From: Bacteroidota bacterium
GTDB lineage: Bacteria; Bacteroidota; Bacteroidia; Chitinophagales; Saprospiraceae
Direction of reading: 5' to 3'
Assembly: GCA_039199865.1 (NCBI GenBank)
Contig: JBCCSR010000001.1
Span: 1-43,510 of the forward strand
Length of the DNA stretch: 43,510 nucleotides
Below, piece after piece: positions 1 through 8,244 of this stretch. Each line of letters begins with the position of its first letter. Position 1 is the first letter of the stretch. Under the pieces are notes generated by a model. It saw only the letters and a program-made list of their open reading frames with translations, did not search any database and was not told where the DNA came from. A program made the position numbers and the translations under genes.

Positions 1-164
1 TGCACCTTTTGCATCAAGATGATCTGACCAACCTAGAACAAAAAATCGCCAGCTTAGAAAAGCAATTGGCCGACCAAGCCGTTCACCTGGAAAAGCGAAT
101 TTTGAAAGAATGCTTTTCCGAAGTCAAAGCACTATTTAAGGAAAGGGATCGACAACTCCGATAG
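1..164 (+). CDS. 3' end of an upstream ORF truncated by the window edge. It has a coiled-coil-like tail and unknown function, and sits in the slot immediately before the tube-initiator gene (afp6/pvc6-like position).
   Basis: The frame starting at nt 3 is open from the window edge to TAG at 162-164 (..LTNLEQKIASLEKQLADQAVHLEKRILKECFSEVKALFKERDRQLR*). The stop lies 3 nt before the ATG of the next gene (168), so the arrangement is operonic. Confidence 0.4.
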   Translation, partial: HLLHQDDLTNLEQKIASLEKQLADQAVHLEKRILKECFSEVKALFKERDRQLR

Positions 165-167
165 CTT

Positions 168-842
168 ATGAAACTGGAAAAACTAAGCATTACCGCTTTT
201 GAGGACGATCAGTTTACGACCAAAGTAAAGACCCTGAAGCCTCTGGAAGTTTTGATCAATCCGGAGAAATACAAGCGGAGTTACAACATGTTGACGAGCG
301 AGGAAGTCAGCCGAGTCACCAATGCCAATCAGGAAGTAATCGAGCGGAAAATCATCGAACCCCAAGGAGAATCGTTTACCCTCGAATTGTGGTTTGACAA
401 CACGGGAGCCATTCCCAAAAGCAAGGATGTATTTTCCCAAATTGAAAAGCTCAAGGACATTGCCCTTCGCTACAATGGAAAAATTCATTCCATCAACTTT
501 GTCGTCATCAACTGGGGCACCCTGGTGTTCAAAGGGCAAATGACGGGCCTGGATGTTGAGTACCAGCTTTTTCAACCCGATGGCACCCCCTTGAGAGCCA
601 AGGCGACCGCCAAGTTCAAACAAATTATTGATGCCCAAACGAAGGAGGAAATGAAACTCCGTTCTTCTCCTGATCTGACTCATGTCAGGATTGTCAAGGA
701 TGGAGATACCCTTCCACTGATGTGCTATCGGATCTATAAAAATAGCAAATATTACCTCCAGGTGGCCTTGGCCAACGGATTGCCCAATTTTACGGATCTC
801 CAACCTGGACAAAAGATTGTTTTTCCTCCTTTAGAACGGTAG
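168..842 (+). CDS. CIS tube-fold protein with a C-terminal LysM domain (Afp7/Pvc7-like baseplate tube initiator)
   Basis: 224-aa ORF with an ATG start. The N-terminal two-thirds has the phage/CIS tube-protein pattern (LSITAF..VLINPEKYKRSY..FTLELWFDNTG..INWGTLVFKGQMTGLDVEYQLFQPDGTPLRAKATAKF). The C-terminus is a LysM motif (VKDGDTLPLMCYRIYKNSKYYLQVALANGL..LQPGQKIVFPP). Confidence 0.8.
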   Translation: MKLEKLSITAFEDDQFTTKVKTLKPLEVLINPEKYKRSYNMLTSEEVSRVTNANQEVIERKIIEPQGESFTLELWFDNTGAIPKSKDVFSQIEKLKDIALRYNGKIHSINFVVINWGTLVFKGQMTGLDVEYQLFQPDGTPLRAKATAKFKQIIDAQTKEEMKLRSSPDLTHVRIVKDGDTLPLMCYRIYKNSKYYLQVALANGLPNFTDLQPGQKIVFPPLER

Positions 843-971
843 AAAATTGAACCCTAAAAGGGCTTTTTCCCGTTAAAACGAATTCGGTAAGCAATCATTT
901 ATTAATGATTGATTCCAAGAGCAGTGATGATTTCGCGCGGAGATTGTCTATCACCATGAAAAAAAAGAAAA

Positions 972-2765
972 ATGCCAACGTCCCCTATCAACCGCGAAAT
1001 GGAAATTTTGGCCATTGAGGTCAGCTCCGATGGTAAAGTACTCGATAGTACCCTTTCCATTTTATCCATTTCCATCAATCGAGAAGTCAATAAGGTTGGA
1101 ACGGCCCAGATTTGCTTTTTCCTTGAAAATGAGGAAGAGGACAATACTTTTGGCCTTTCGGCACAAAGTGATTTTAATCCAGGAAAAGTCATCGAAATCA
1201 AGTTGGGCTACGATAGTGATTCTGCCTCAGTTTTCAAAGGGGTGATCCTCAATCATTCCATCGTCGCCAAACCCCGCAAGGGACTGACCATGGAAATCAA
1301 TTGTTCGGAAAACTCGGTAAAGATGACCTTGGGTCGGCAAAATAAGTATTTCAAGGACCAACAAGACAGTGCCATCATCTCCAGTATTATCAGCGATAGC
1401 GGCTTGTCGGCATCAGTGGATAGTACGACTTATACGCATCAGCAACTCATTCAATATCACGCTACGAATTGGGATTTTATCTTGACCAGGGCCGAGCAGA
1501 ACGGCTTGCTCGTTTATATGGCCGATGACAAAGTTTGTGTGAAAAAACCGGAAGTCAGCGCCTCGCCGACCTTGGAGTTGACCTATGGTCTAGATGTGAT
1601 CAGTTTTAGTGGGGCGGTAGACGCGCGCGATCAATTGCCCAGTGCAACTTGTCAATCTTGGGATATGGACAATTTGGCCTTGCTTGAAGCCACATCCGCC
1701 GAGCCGAGCGTCAACAGTCAAGGGAATTTGACGGGAAAGAAAATGTCTGAGATAATGGGCTTGTCCGAATTTGGGATGCAGACGGGAGGATTGGTGGAAA
1801 AAGATTGTATGAAAAACTGGGCCGATGCACGACTATTGATTTCGCGTTTGTCGAGGATTCGAGGCACGGTCACTTTTATGGGTAATGAAACGGTGCAGCT
1901 CAACAGTTTGATTGGTCTAAAAAATTTTGGCGATCGCTTTAATGGGAAAGCTTTGATCACGGGCATTCAACACGAGGTGGTCGAAGGGCTTTGGACCACT
2001 ACCGTTATTTTTGGTTTGTCTCCCAATCTCTTTTACAGCGACCGTGAAGTTGACAGCCCCAATGCCGCCGGAATGTTACCCGCCATTCAAGGTTTACAAA
2101 ATGGAACAGTCAAACAAATTGATAGCGATCCCGATGGGAAGTCTCGCATTTTGGTGGACGTTCCCATGATTGCCGCCTCTGGTGATGGCATCTGGGCGCG
2201 CTTGTCCAATTTTTACGCCAGTGCAGAGGTTGGTGCGTTTTTTATGCCAGAAGTCGGAGATGAGGTTGTACTGGGTTTCCTCAATAATGATCCCCGCTAT
2301 GCCGTCATTTTGGGCATGTTGTACGGGGGTAAAAAGAGTCCGCCTTACACCGCAGATAGCGAAAACAAGATCAAAGCCTTGGTCACGAAGAGTAAGATGA
2401 AAATCGAATTTGATGATGATCAAAAAATATTGACTTTAGAAACACCGGGGGGGCATCAAGCCATTTTTTCCGACAAGGATCAAAAAGTCACCCTCAAAGA
2501 TTCCAATGGCAATACCTTGGAGATGAGCAGCAATGGGATTGACATTAACAGTGCCGCTGCCATCAACATTAAAGCATCTAGTAGTTGTAAAATAACGGCC
2601 AGTCAAGCGATAAATGTAGAAAGTTCGGGTGGCGATGTGTCCATCAAGGGACTCAACGTCAATGCAAAAGGCCAAATGGCTTTTTCTGCCCAGGGAAGTG
2701 CCTCCGCAGAATTGAAAGCCAGTGGCAATACCACGATCAAAGGCGCAATGGTCATGATTAATTAA
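972..2765 (+). CDS. VgrG-like central spike (gpD-like N-domain, gp5 OB-fold and beta-helix); Afp8/Pvc8 equivalent
   Basis: 597 aa. It contains the gp5/VgrG OB-fold signature (GTVKQIDSDPDGKSRILVDVPM..GIWARLSNFYAS..GAFFMPEVGDEVVLGFLNNDPRYAVILGMLY). This is followed by a repetitive beta-helix tail (TLETPGGHQAIFSDKDQKVTLKDSNGNTLEMSSNGIDINSAAAINIKASS..). There is no C-terminal effector extension. Confidence 0.9.
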   Translation: MPTSPINREMEILAIEVSSDGKVLDSTLSILSISINREVNKVGTAQICFFLENEEEDNTFGLSAQSDFNPGKVIEIKLGYDSDSASVFKGVILNHSIVAKPRKGLTMEINCSENSVKMTLGRQNKYFKDQQDSAIISSIISDSGLSASVDSTTYTHQQLIQYHATNWDFILTRAEQNGLLVYMADDKVCVKKPEVSASPTLELTYGLDVISFSGAVDARDQLPSATCQSWDMDNLALLEATSAEPSVNSQGNLTGKKMSEIMGLSEFGMQTGGLVEKDCMKNWADARLLISRLSRIRGTVTFMGNETVQLNSLIGLKNFGDRFNGKALITGIQHEVVEGLWTTTVIFGLSPNLFYSDREVDSPNAAGMLPAIQGLQNGTVKQIDSDPDGKSRILVDVPMIAASGDGIWARLSNFYASAEVGAFFMPEVGDEVVLGFLNNDPRYAVILGMLYGGKKSPPYTADSENKIKALVTKSKMKIEFDDDQKILTLETPGGHQAIFSDKDQKVTLKDSNGNTLEMSSNGIDINSAAAINIKASSSCKITASQAINVESSGGDVSIKGLNVNAKGQMAFSAQGSASAELKASGNTTIKGAMVMIN

Positions 2766-2784
2766 TTACTAAAACCAAAGTATT

Positions 2785-3084
2785 ATGCCTCCTGCTGCCA
2801 GAATCACAGACATGCATACTTGTCCTATGCAAACGCCAGCCGTTCCTCCCATTCCCCACGTTGGTGGCCCGATCATTGGTCCTGGCGTGCCCAACGTGTT
2901 AATTGGTGGTATGCCCGCTGCCGTAATGGGAGATAGTTGCGTTTGCGTTGGTCCTCCAGATTCTATTGTCAAAGGCTCTGCTACTGTGATGATTGGTGGC
3001 AAACCTGCTGCCAGAATGGGCGATACCACTGCTCATGGCGGTACCATTGTACTGGGATTGCCTACCGTAATGATTGGGGGTTAA
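2785..3084 (+). CDS. PAAR-domain spike-tip protein (Afp10/Pvc10 equivalent), minimal form
   Basis: 99 aa with three PAAR-like repeats (PPAARITDMHTCP, GGMPAAVMGDSCVC, GGKPAARMGDTTAHGG). It starts 20 nt after the VgrG stop. Confidence 0.95.
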   Translation: MPPAARITDMHTCPMQTPAVPPIPHVGGPIIGPGVPNVLIGGMPAAVMGDSCVCVGPPDSIVKGSATVMIGGKPAARMGDTTAHGGTIVLGLPTVMIGG

Positions 3085-3115
3085 ATGAGTGCATCTAAGT
3101 TTAAAGCAAAATCAA

Positions 3116-3562
3116 ATGTCAGCGAAAATCAATAAAACTTTTTTGGGTACGGGTTGGAGTTTTCCTCCTTCCTTTGATCACTTTTCCAGCTCACTGGAAA
3201 TGGTATCGGAAGAGGCAGACATTCGACAGAGTTTGTTTATCCTTCTGTCGACTACTCCCGGAGAGCGACTGATGAAGCCCAAATATGGTTGTGATCTACA
3301 GAGCGCGGTTTTTGATGTCATCAATAATACGATGCGGCATCATTTGATCGATTTAATTACGGTGGCCGTCATTCGCTTTGAACCCAGAGTGACCGTCGAC
3401 GAGGTGAAAATTAGCCTGGATCGCAAGGACGAAGGATTGGTAGATATCGATTTGTATTACACAGTTCGCAAAACCAATATCCGAAGCAACATTGTTTACC
3501 CATTTTATTATCGAGAAGGAACCAACCTTCGAGATGCACAGCTGAAAGAGGTCGGCACCTAG
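3116..3562 (+). CDS. GPW/gp25-family baseplate wedge protein (Afp9/Pvc9 equivalent)
   Basis: The sequence has a gp25-lysozyme-like pattern (FLGTGWSFPPSFD..IRQSLFILLSTTPGERLMKPKYGCDL..VFD..). I prefer the ATG at 3116 (MSAKINK..) over the GTG at 3089 given in the ORF track. Confidence 0.85.
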   Translation: MSAKINKTFLGTGWSFPPSFDHFSSSLEMVSEEADIRQSLFILLSTTPGERLMKPKYGCDLQSAVFDVINNTMRHHLIDLITVAVIRFEPRVTVDEVKISLDRKDEGLVDIDLYYTVRKTNIRSNIVYPFYYREGTNLRDAQLKEVGT

Positions 3563-3575
3563 GTGCCTTTAGGAG

Positions 3576-6500
3576 ATGGCAGCTTCAAGCAAAAATAAAA
3601 CCTTTGCCCTTCGGGGAACTGCTCGTTTTGAACGATTGCAGCGAGCCCTCCTGCCAGATTATGCTTTGATAGATGAACGTCGATTGAGTGATCTGCTCTC
3701 CTTTGCCGCAGATTATGCCCAGGTCATTAATTTCTATGACACAAATAACAAAGTGGTGGGCGACTGGTCAGCATTTTTTAAAAAAGATGTAAGCGTATTT
3801 TTGGCCGATATCATCACCTTGGACTTAGATGAGCTGCGCAATAATATTCAGGAAACCATTAACCGAATTTATCAATCTCCCGAGGGAGATTCTAACCAAA
3901 AATACCTCTTGTTCCGTAGTTTTTTTTATCAAGTTTTGGAATGGGCAAGATTGGTGAACGATCTATATATTCGTTCTTTTCAATTGCGAAAAATAGCCGA
4001 AGAAACCCCCATTGAACGAGAATTGGAGATGTCGATTCAACGTAATCTGCGGGATGCGCTCAAAGCCTTGAAGTCCTATGATTTGGGCACCGCTTTGGAA
4101 GAAAAATTTAGTATGCCCTTGGGGGGGAATTACGAGGAGTTTCATCCCATTTGGGATTTGAGTCGAGTAGAAGCCTTCAATGTTTTTATTGGCAAAGACT
4201 TAGATGAAAAGGTAGAGCATGCAACGAAATCCCTACAATTGATTTTTCGGAAATTTGATTTTGGTCTGACCAATGTCATCAAGAATGCTCCCGAATTATT
4301 GCGCCAATCCCTTCGACATAAAAATGACCACCAACCGGATATTGCCCTGTTTATTGCCTTTCTCCAATTGTATCGTTTCAACCAGAATCACCTCAATAGT
4401 TTTACCGAAAAGCATTTGGATTATTACTACCGAACGGTTCTACAACAAAAAGAATGTAAACGAAGTCCTGATCACGCCCATGTGGTCGTCGAGTTGGGTG
4501 AACACCTGGATCGCTACACCCTTGAAAAGGGTACTCGGCTCCTGGCAGAGGTCAATGCCAATGGTTTAGAATCGCATTATCAAACGGATGCGGCGCTGGA
4601 AATCAGTAAAGCAAAGATCGAATCTTTAAAAACGGTATTTGTGAGCAAACCCGTCTTTGCTGGCGTTGCCTCCTCTTATCGTTTGGTCGGCAATATCTAT
4701 GCAGCTCCGGTGGCCAACTCAAAAGACGGTATGGGGACTCCCTTCGATGCTGAGGATTTTACTTGGCCTACCTTCGGTGAGGAACAATCCATCCAAGCTA
4801 AAACGGATAAAAAAATGATGCCGGCAGATATTGGGATGATGATTGCTTCTCCAGTTTTGATGATGGCCGAGGGACAAAGAGAAATTAGACTTCAGTTTCA
4901 GTTTAAAATGGAAACCCTCAACACTTTACGGATTCTCTTAGACAATGCCAGTGAGCGAGAAAAACTTTCCGTTGATCACGTTTTTTTAAAAGTTTTTCGG
5001 GAGGCCCTGGATATTCAATTGAGTGGCGCCACTGCTTGGGTTGCAGTGGATAAGTATGAATTCAATGTACCAAGTGCTTGGCAGAATGGTTGTTTAGAAC
5101 TCAAATTGAGCCTTGCCCACTCACAACCCGCCATTGTGCCTTATGATGCAACAGTATTGGGAAAAAATATTGATACTCAGTGGCCGATCTTAAAAATACG
5201 GCTGAAAAATGAAGGCAATGTGTACGCTTATTCTTTTCTCAAGAAATTGGAGCTAGAAAAAATAGATATCGAAGTGGCCGTTAAAGGAATGAAGGACGTC
5301 GCCATTTACAATAACCTGGGCTTGATTGACAACTCGGCTCCCTTCCAACCCTTTGGTCTGACTCCCACTAAGAATGCTTATTTCCTCATTGGTTCGCCAG
5401 AGTTGTTCAACAAGGAATTAACGGATTTTTCGGTAAAAATAGATTGGGACAATTTGCCGGAGGAGGGCTTTGCAAAATATTACGAGGCTTATCACTCCGG
5501 TATCGACGATCAATCTTTTAAAGTCCAGTTGAGTGCCTTATCCAACTATGAATTTTATCCTCTGGAAGAAGAGATTCGTCAAGGCTTTGATTTGTTTCAA
5601 TCCGAAGGATCCGAAGGAACGTTGTCTGAGCAGACCCAATTGGACGCTGTCGATTTGGAAAAACTAAAAATTGCTCCAGATTATGAATTACTTGAGATTC
5701 CCGAATTTACCAATCGATCGAGGATAGGATTTTTTAAGATCCAGTTGAAGACTCCTACCATGGGCTTTGGCTTTAAGGCCTATCCCATCTTATTTGCCAA
5801 GGCATTGGCTGAAAATGCTAAGGCGGAGAACTTTCGCTTTTTTCAATTGAAGAAAAAACCACCTGCACTCGTCCCACGAGAACCTTTTGTTCCGGTGATC
5901 AATAAATTGACCATTGATTACAAAGCAAAAAGTAGTCTGGACATTGCCAATACCCAACAGGGAGGTAGGGGTAAGCATGCCAAGGAAAAACTCTTTCACA
6001 TTCATCCCTTTGAAATCGAAACCATCTTTGAAAATGGTTTTGCCAGAAGCGCTCATTTATTGCCACAGTACGATGAAGAGGGCTATCTCTACATTGGATT
6101 GAGCAACCTAAGACCTCTAGAAAAACTTTCCCTTCTTTTCCGATTGGAAACCAGTAAAGAAACCTACAACAAAAAGCCAGTGGAGATTACCTGGATGTAT
6201 CTCGCTAAAGATATTTGGAAAGCAATCGAGGAAGAAAATATTTTGTTTAACACTACCGAGAACTTTACCAAAACGGGAATCGTCAATTTGAATATTCCCG
6301 TGGATATCACCAAGGGCAATCAGCAGTTGGATGACCATTTGTACTGGCTGCGCGTGAGTGTAAAAGGCAATAAAGATGTTTTGGGGAGGGCCAAAAACAT
6401 CCTTGCGCATGCGGTGCGGGTAACTTGGGTGGATAATGGAGATACCGATCACTTTAAGGCATTAGAACAACTGCCCCGGATTAAAGAATTGGTGCAATCT

Positions 6501-7379
6501 CTTAGTGCAATTAAAAAGGTGGAGCAACCCGATGCTTTTTTTGGAGGTCGACCCAAAGAAGAGAAAGCGGACTTTTACTTGAGGGTGAGTGAACGCTTGC
6601 GCCACAAAAATCGAGGCATCAACCGATGGGATATTGAAAGATTGGTTCTAGAGCGGTTTCCTTACATTCATCAGGTCAAATGCTTTGGCAATGCGGGCAA
6701 TGAGGCCTATGTTGAACCTGGAATCATTAAGGTGGTCGTAGTGCCTAAGGTCAATGAAAAATGGCTAATGCCTAAGGTTGGTTTTGATCGTTTGATCGAA
6801 ATTAAAAAGTATCTGACGCCGATTGTTGCTCCAATTGCAGAGATCGACGTCATCAATCCAGTGTACGAGAAAATTGTCATCAACTGCGACATTAAATTTG
6901 ATGAAAATTTAAAAGGAAAAGGTTTGACCTTTTACCAATTGCACGAAGAGATCAAACATCGGATTTGTCCCTGGCTGCAAGGAAAATCTTTGGCGATGGG
7001 GGGAAGTTTATTGCAAAATGAATTGTTGAATTTTATCAAAGATCGGCCTTACGTAAAATTTGTGACGGCTTTTTCGATTTTACACATTACGGAAAAGGAA
7101 GGATACTTTACCTTAACTGACTCTGCACGAAGTCAACAAAACAGCTCGACCATCCAGGCAAGCATGCCTTGGAGTGTCCTCGTACCTGTGGAAAAACACC
7201 AGATCAATTTAATTTCTAAAGAAGTTTTTAAATCCTCAGAAATTACCCTGATCAACAAAATGCGATTGGGGACTGAATTTATCATTTCTGCCAATGGAAA
7301 AGAGCCCTTGGAGATGGAATGGTTGGTCGAACAACCCGAAGAGGAGGAGGATCAAAGTTTTTGGATTGTCAATATTTAA
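3576..7379 (+). CDS. Baseplate J/gp6-like wedge protein (Afp11/Pvc11 equivalent), unusually large at 1267 aa
   Basis: The C-terminal third carries the baseplate-J signature (HLYWLRVSVKGN..FFGGRPKEEKADFYLRVSERLRHKNRGINRWDIERLVLERFPYIHQVKCF..PGIIKVVVVPK). The ATG is preceded by aggag. Confidence 0.85.
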   Translation: MAASSKNKTFALRGTARFERLQRALLPDYALIDERRLSDLLSFAADYAQVINFYDTNNKVVGDWSAFFKKDVSVFLADIITLDLDELRNNIQETINRIYQSPEGDSNQKYLLFRSFFYQVLEWARLVNDLYIRSFQLRKIAEETPIERELEMSIQRNLRDALKALKSYDLGTALEEKFSMPLGGNYEEFHPIWDLSRVEAFNVFIGKDLDEKVEHATKSLQLIFRKFDFGLTNVIKNAPELLRQSLRHKNDHQPDIALFIAFLQLYRFNQNHLNSFTEKHLDYYYRTVLQQKECKRSPDHAHVVVELGEHLDRYTLEKGTRLLAEVNANGLESHYQTDAALEISKAKIESLKTVFVSKPVFAGVASSYRLVGNIYAAPVANSKDGMGTPFDAEDFTWPTFGEEQSIQAKTDKKMMPADIGMMIASPVLMMAEGQREIRLQFQFKMETLNTLRILLDNASEREKLSVDHVFLKVFREALDIQLSGATAWVAVDKYEFNVPSAWQNGCLELKLSLAHSQPAIVPYDATVLGKNIDTQWPILKIRLKNEGNVYAYSFLKKLELEKIDIEVAVKGMKDVAIYNNLGLIDNSAPFQPFGLTPTKNAYFLIGSPELFNKELTDFSVKIDWDNLPEEGFAKYYEAYHSGIDDQSFKVQLSALSNYEFYPLEEEIRQGFDLFQSEGSEGTLSEQTQLDAVDLEKLKIAPDYELLEIPEFTNRSRIGFFKIQLKTPTMGFGFKAYPILFAKALAENAKAENFRFFQLKKKPPALVPREPFVPVINKLTIDYKAKSSLDIANTQQGGRGKHAKEKLFHIHPFEIETIFENGFARSAHLLPQYDEEGYLYIGLSNLRPLEKLSLLFRLETSKETYNKKPVEITWMYLAKDIWKAIEEENILFNTTENFTKTGIVNLNIPVDITKGNQQLDDHLYWLRVSVKGNKDVLGRAKNILAHAVRVTWVDNGDTDHFKALEQLPRIKELVQSLSAIKKVEQPDAFFGGRPKEEKADFYLRVSERLRHKNRGINRWDIERLVLERFPYIHQVKCFGNAGNEAYVEPGIIKVVVVPKVNEKWLMPKVGFDRLIEIKKYLTPIVAPIAEIDVINPVYEKIVINCDIKFDENLKGKGLTFYQLHEEIKHRICPWLQGKSLAMGGSLLQNELLNFIKDRPYVKFVTAFSILHITEKEGYFTLTDSARSQQNSSTIQASMPWSVLVPVEKHQINLISKEVFKSSEITLINKMRLGTEFIISANGKEPLEMEWLVEQPEEEEDQSFWIVNI

Positions 7380-7457
7380 GTCAATGATAGACAGCAAAAG
7401 ACGAATGGAGATTTGCCATTTGCTGTTCACCCTATTTCACTCATAAATAATCTTGCT

Positions 7458-8240
7458 ATGGCACTGTTAAATCGAGAGACATTGAAAAGTTTTTTTAGCA
7501 AAGGAACTTCTCCATCAGAGGAACACTTTGCGGAGTTGATCGACTCTTCTGTCAACAAAATTGATGATGGCTTTGCAAAATCGATTGAAGAAGGATTGCA
7601 ATTGGCGCCACAGGGGCAATCTGCAAAAGTGATGAGCTTGTATTACAATCAGGTCGATGAACAGGCAGACTGGCAAATCAGTCTTCCAAATAAGGATGGG
7701 GAGAAGGGCTTTAAAATTCAAAATCGAGAAGGCCAATCGGCTCTCTTTGTCAACAATAAAGCGCAGGTAGGCATTCAAACCATTCAGCCTCATCATGCTT
7801 TGGAGGTCAATGGTTTTACAGGGACGAGGGGACGAGTTGGTACTTTTTTTAAAGGAAAAGTTCCTGGAGATGGTAAGTGGCGCAATCTACTTGTTCGACT
7901 TGATCAACCTCAGATCTACGAAGTAGTGGCCCGCATTGATGGAGCGCCTAAAAGTGGCAAATACGCTATTGCCCATGCCATTGCCGCTTGTACCTACGGA
8001 GGAGGGCGCAATAAAATCCGAATGACCCAATCACATTACAGTTGGTTTTTTGACAAACTACAAATGCGATGGAAAGAAGAGGGGAATGGCCTTAGGCTAC
8101 AAATTCGTACGCGTGGACATTACGGCGAAGATGCCAACGAAAAACCCTATTTCATCAAATTTCACATTACCCAATTGTGGGACGAAAGTCAAGAATTCGA
8201 AGAAATTGATGAAACGCTTGCTCAGCACGAAAAAAAATAA
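7458..8240 (+). CDS. Hypothetical 261-aa protein and candidate baseplate-attached fibre/adaptor; function not established
   Basis: This is the only long ORF in the interval, on the same strand as the operon, and it ends 4 nt before the next ATG. Its N-terminus (LLNRETLKSFFSKGTSPSEEHFAELIDSSVNKIDDG) resembles a motif I associate with N-termini of tail-fibre-like proteins. ATG 7458 is preferred over TTG 7413. Confidence 0.5.
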   Translation: MALLNRETLKSFFSKGTSPSEEHFAELIDSSVNKIDDGFAKSIEEGLQLAPQGQSAKVMSLYYNQVDEQADWQISLPNKDGEKGFKIQNREGQSALFVNNKAQVGIQTIQPHHALEVNGFTGTRGRVGTFFKGKVPGDGKWRNLLVRLDQPQIYEVVARIDGAPKSGKYAIAHAIAACTYGGGRNKIRMTQSHYSWFFDKLQMRWKEEGNGLRLQIRTRGHYGEDANEKPYFIKFHITQLWDESQEFEEIDETLAQHEKK

Positions 8241-8244
8241 AATC

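Noticed and set aside
183-812. 209-aa ORF on the - strand, entirely inside the LysM/tube gene
   Set aside because: It is an antisense shadow of a CDS with clear family motifs and has no motifs of its own. The same reasoning applies to the other long antisense ORFs: 2769-3029, 17109-17600, 20305-20781, 24559-25203, 32536-33054, 34912-35382, 41347-41964 and 42004-42381.
3089-3115. GTG start for the gp25 gene
   Set aside because: ATG 3116 gives the typical short gp25 N-terminus (MSAKINKTFLGTGWSFPP). The extension adds 9 non-conserved residues starting 4 nt after the PAAR stop. It remains possible but is less likely.
8050-8244. Upstream extension of the Afp12-like ORF (ORF-track start at 8050)
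   Set aside because: It would overlap the preceding gene by 190 nt in another frame. ATG 8245 lies 4 nt after that gene's stop and precedes the conserved N-terminal motif.
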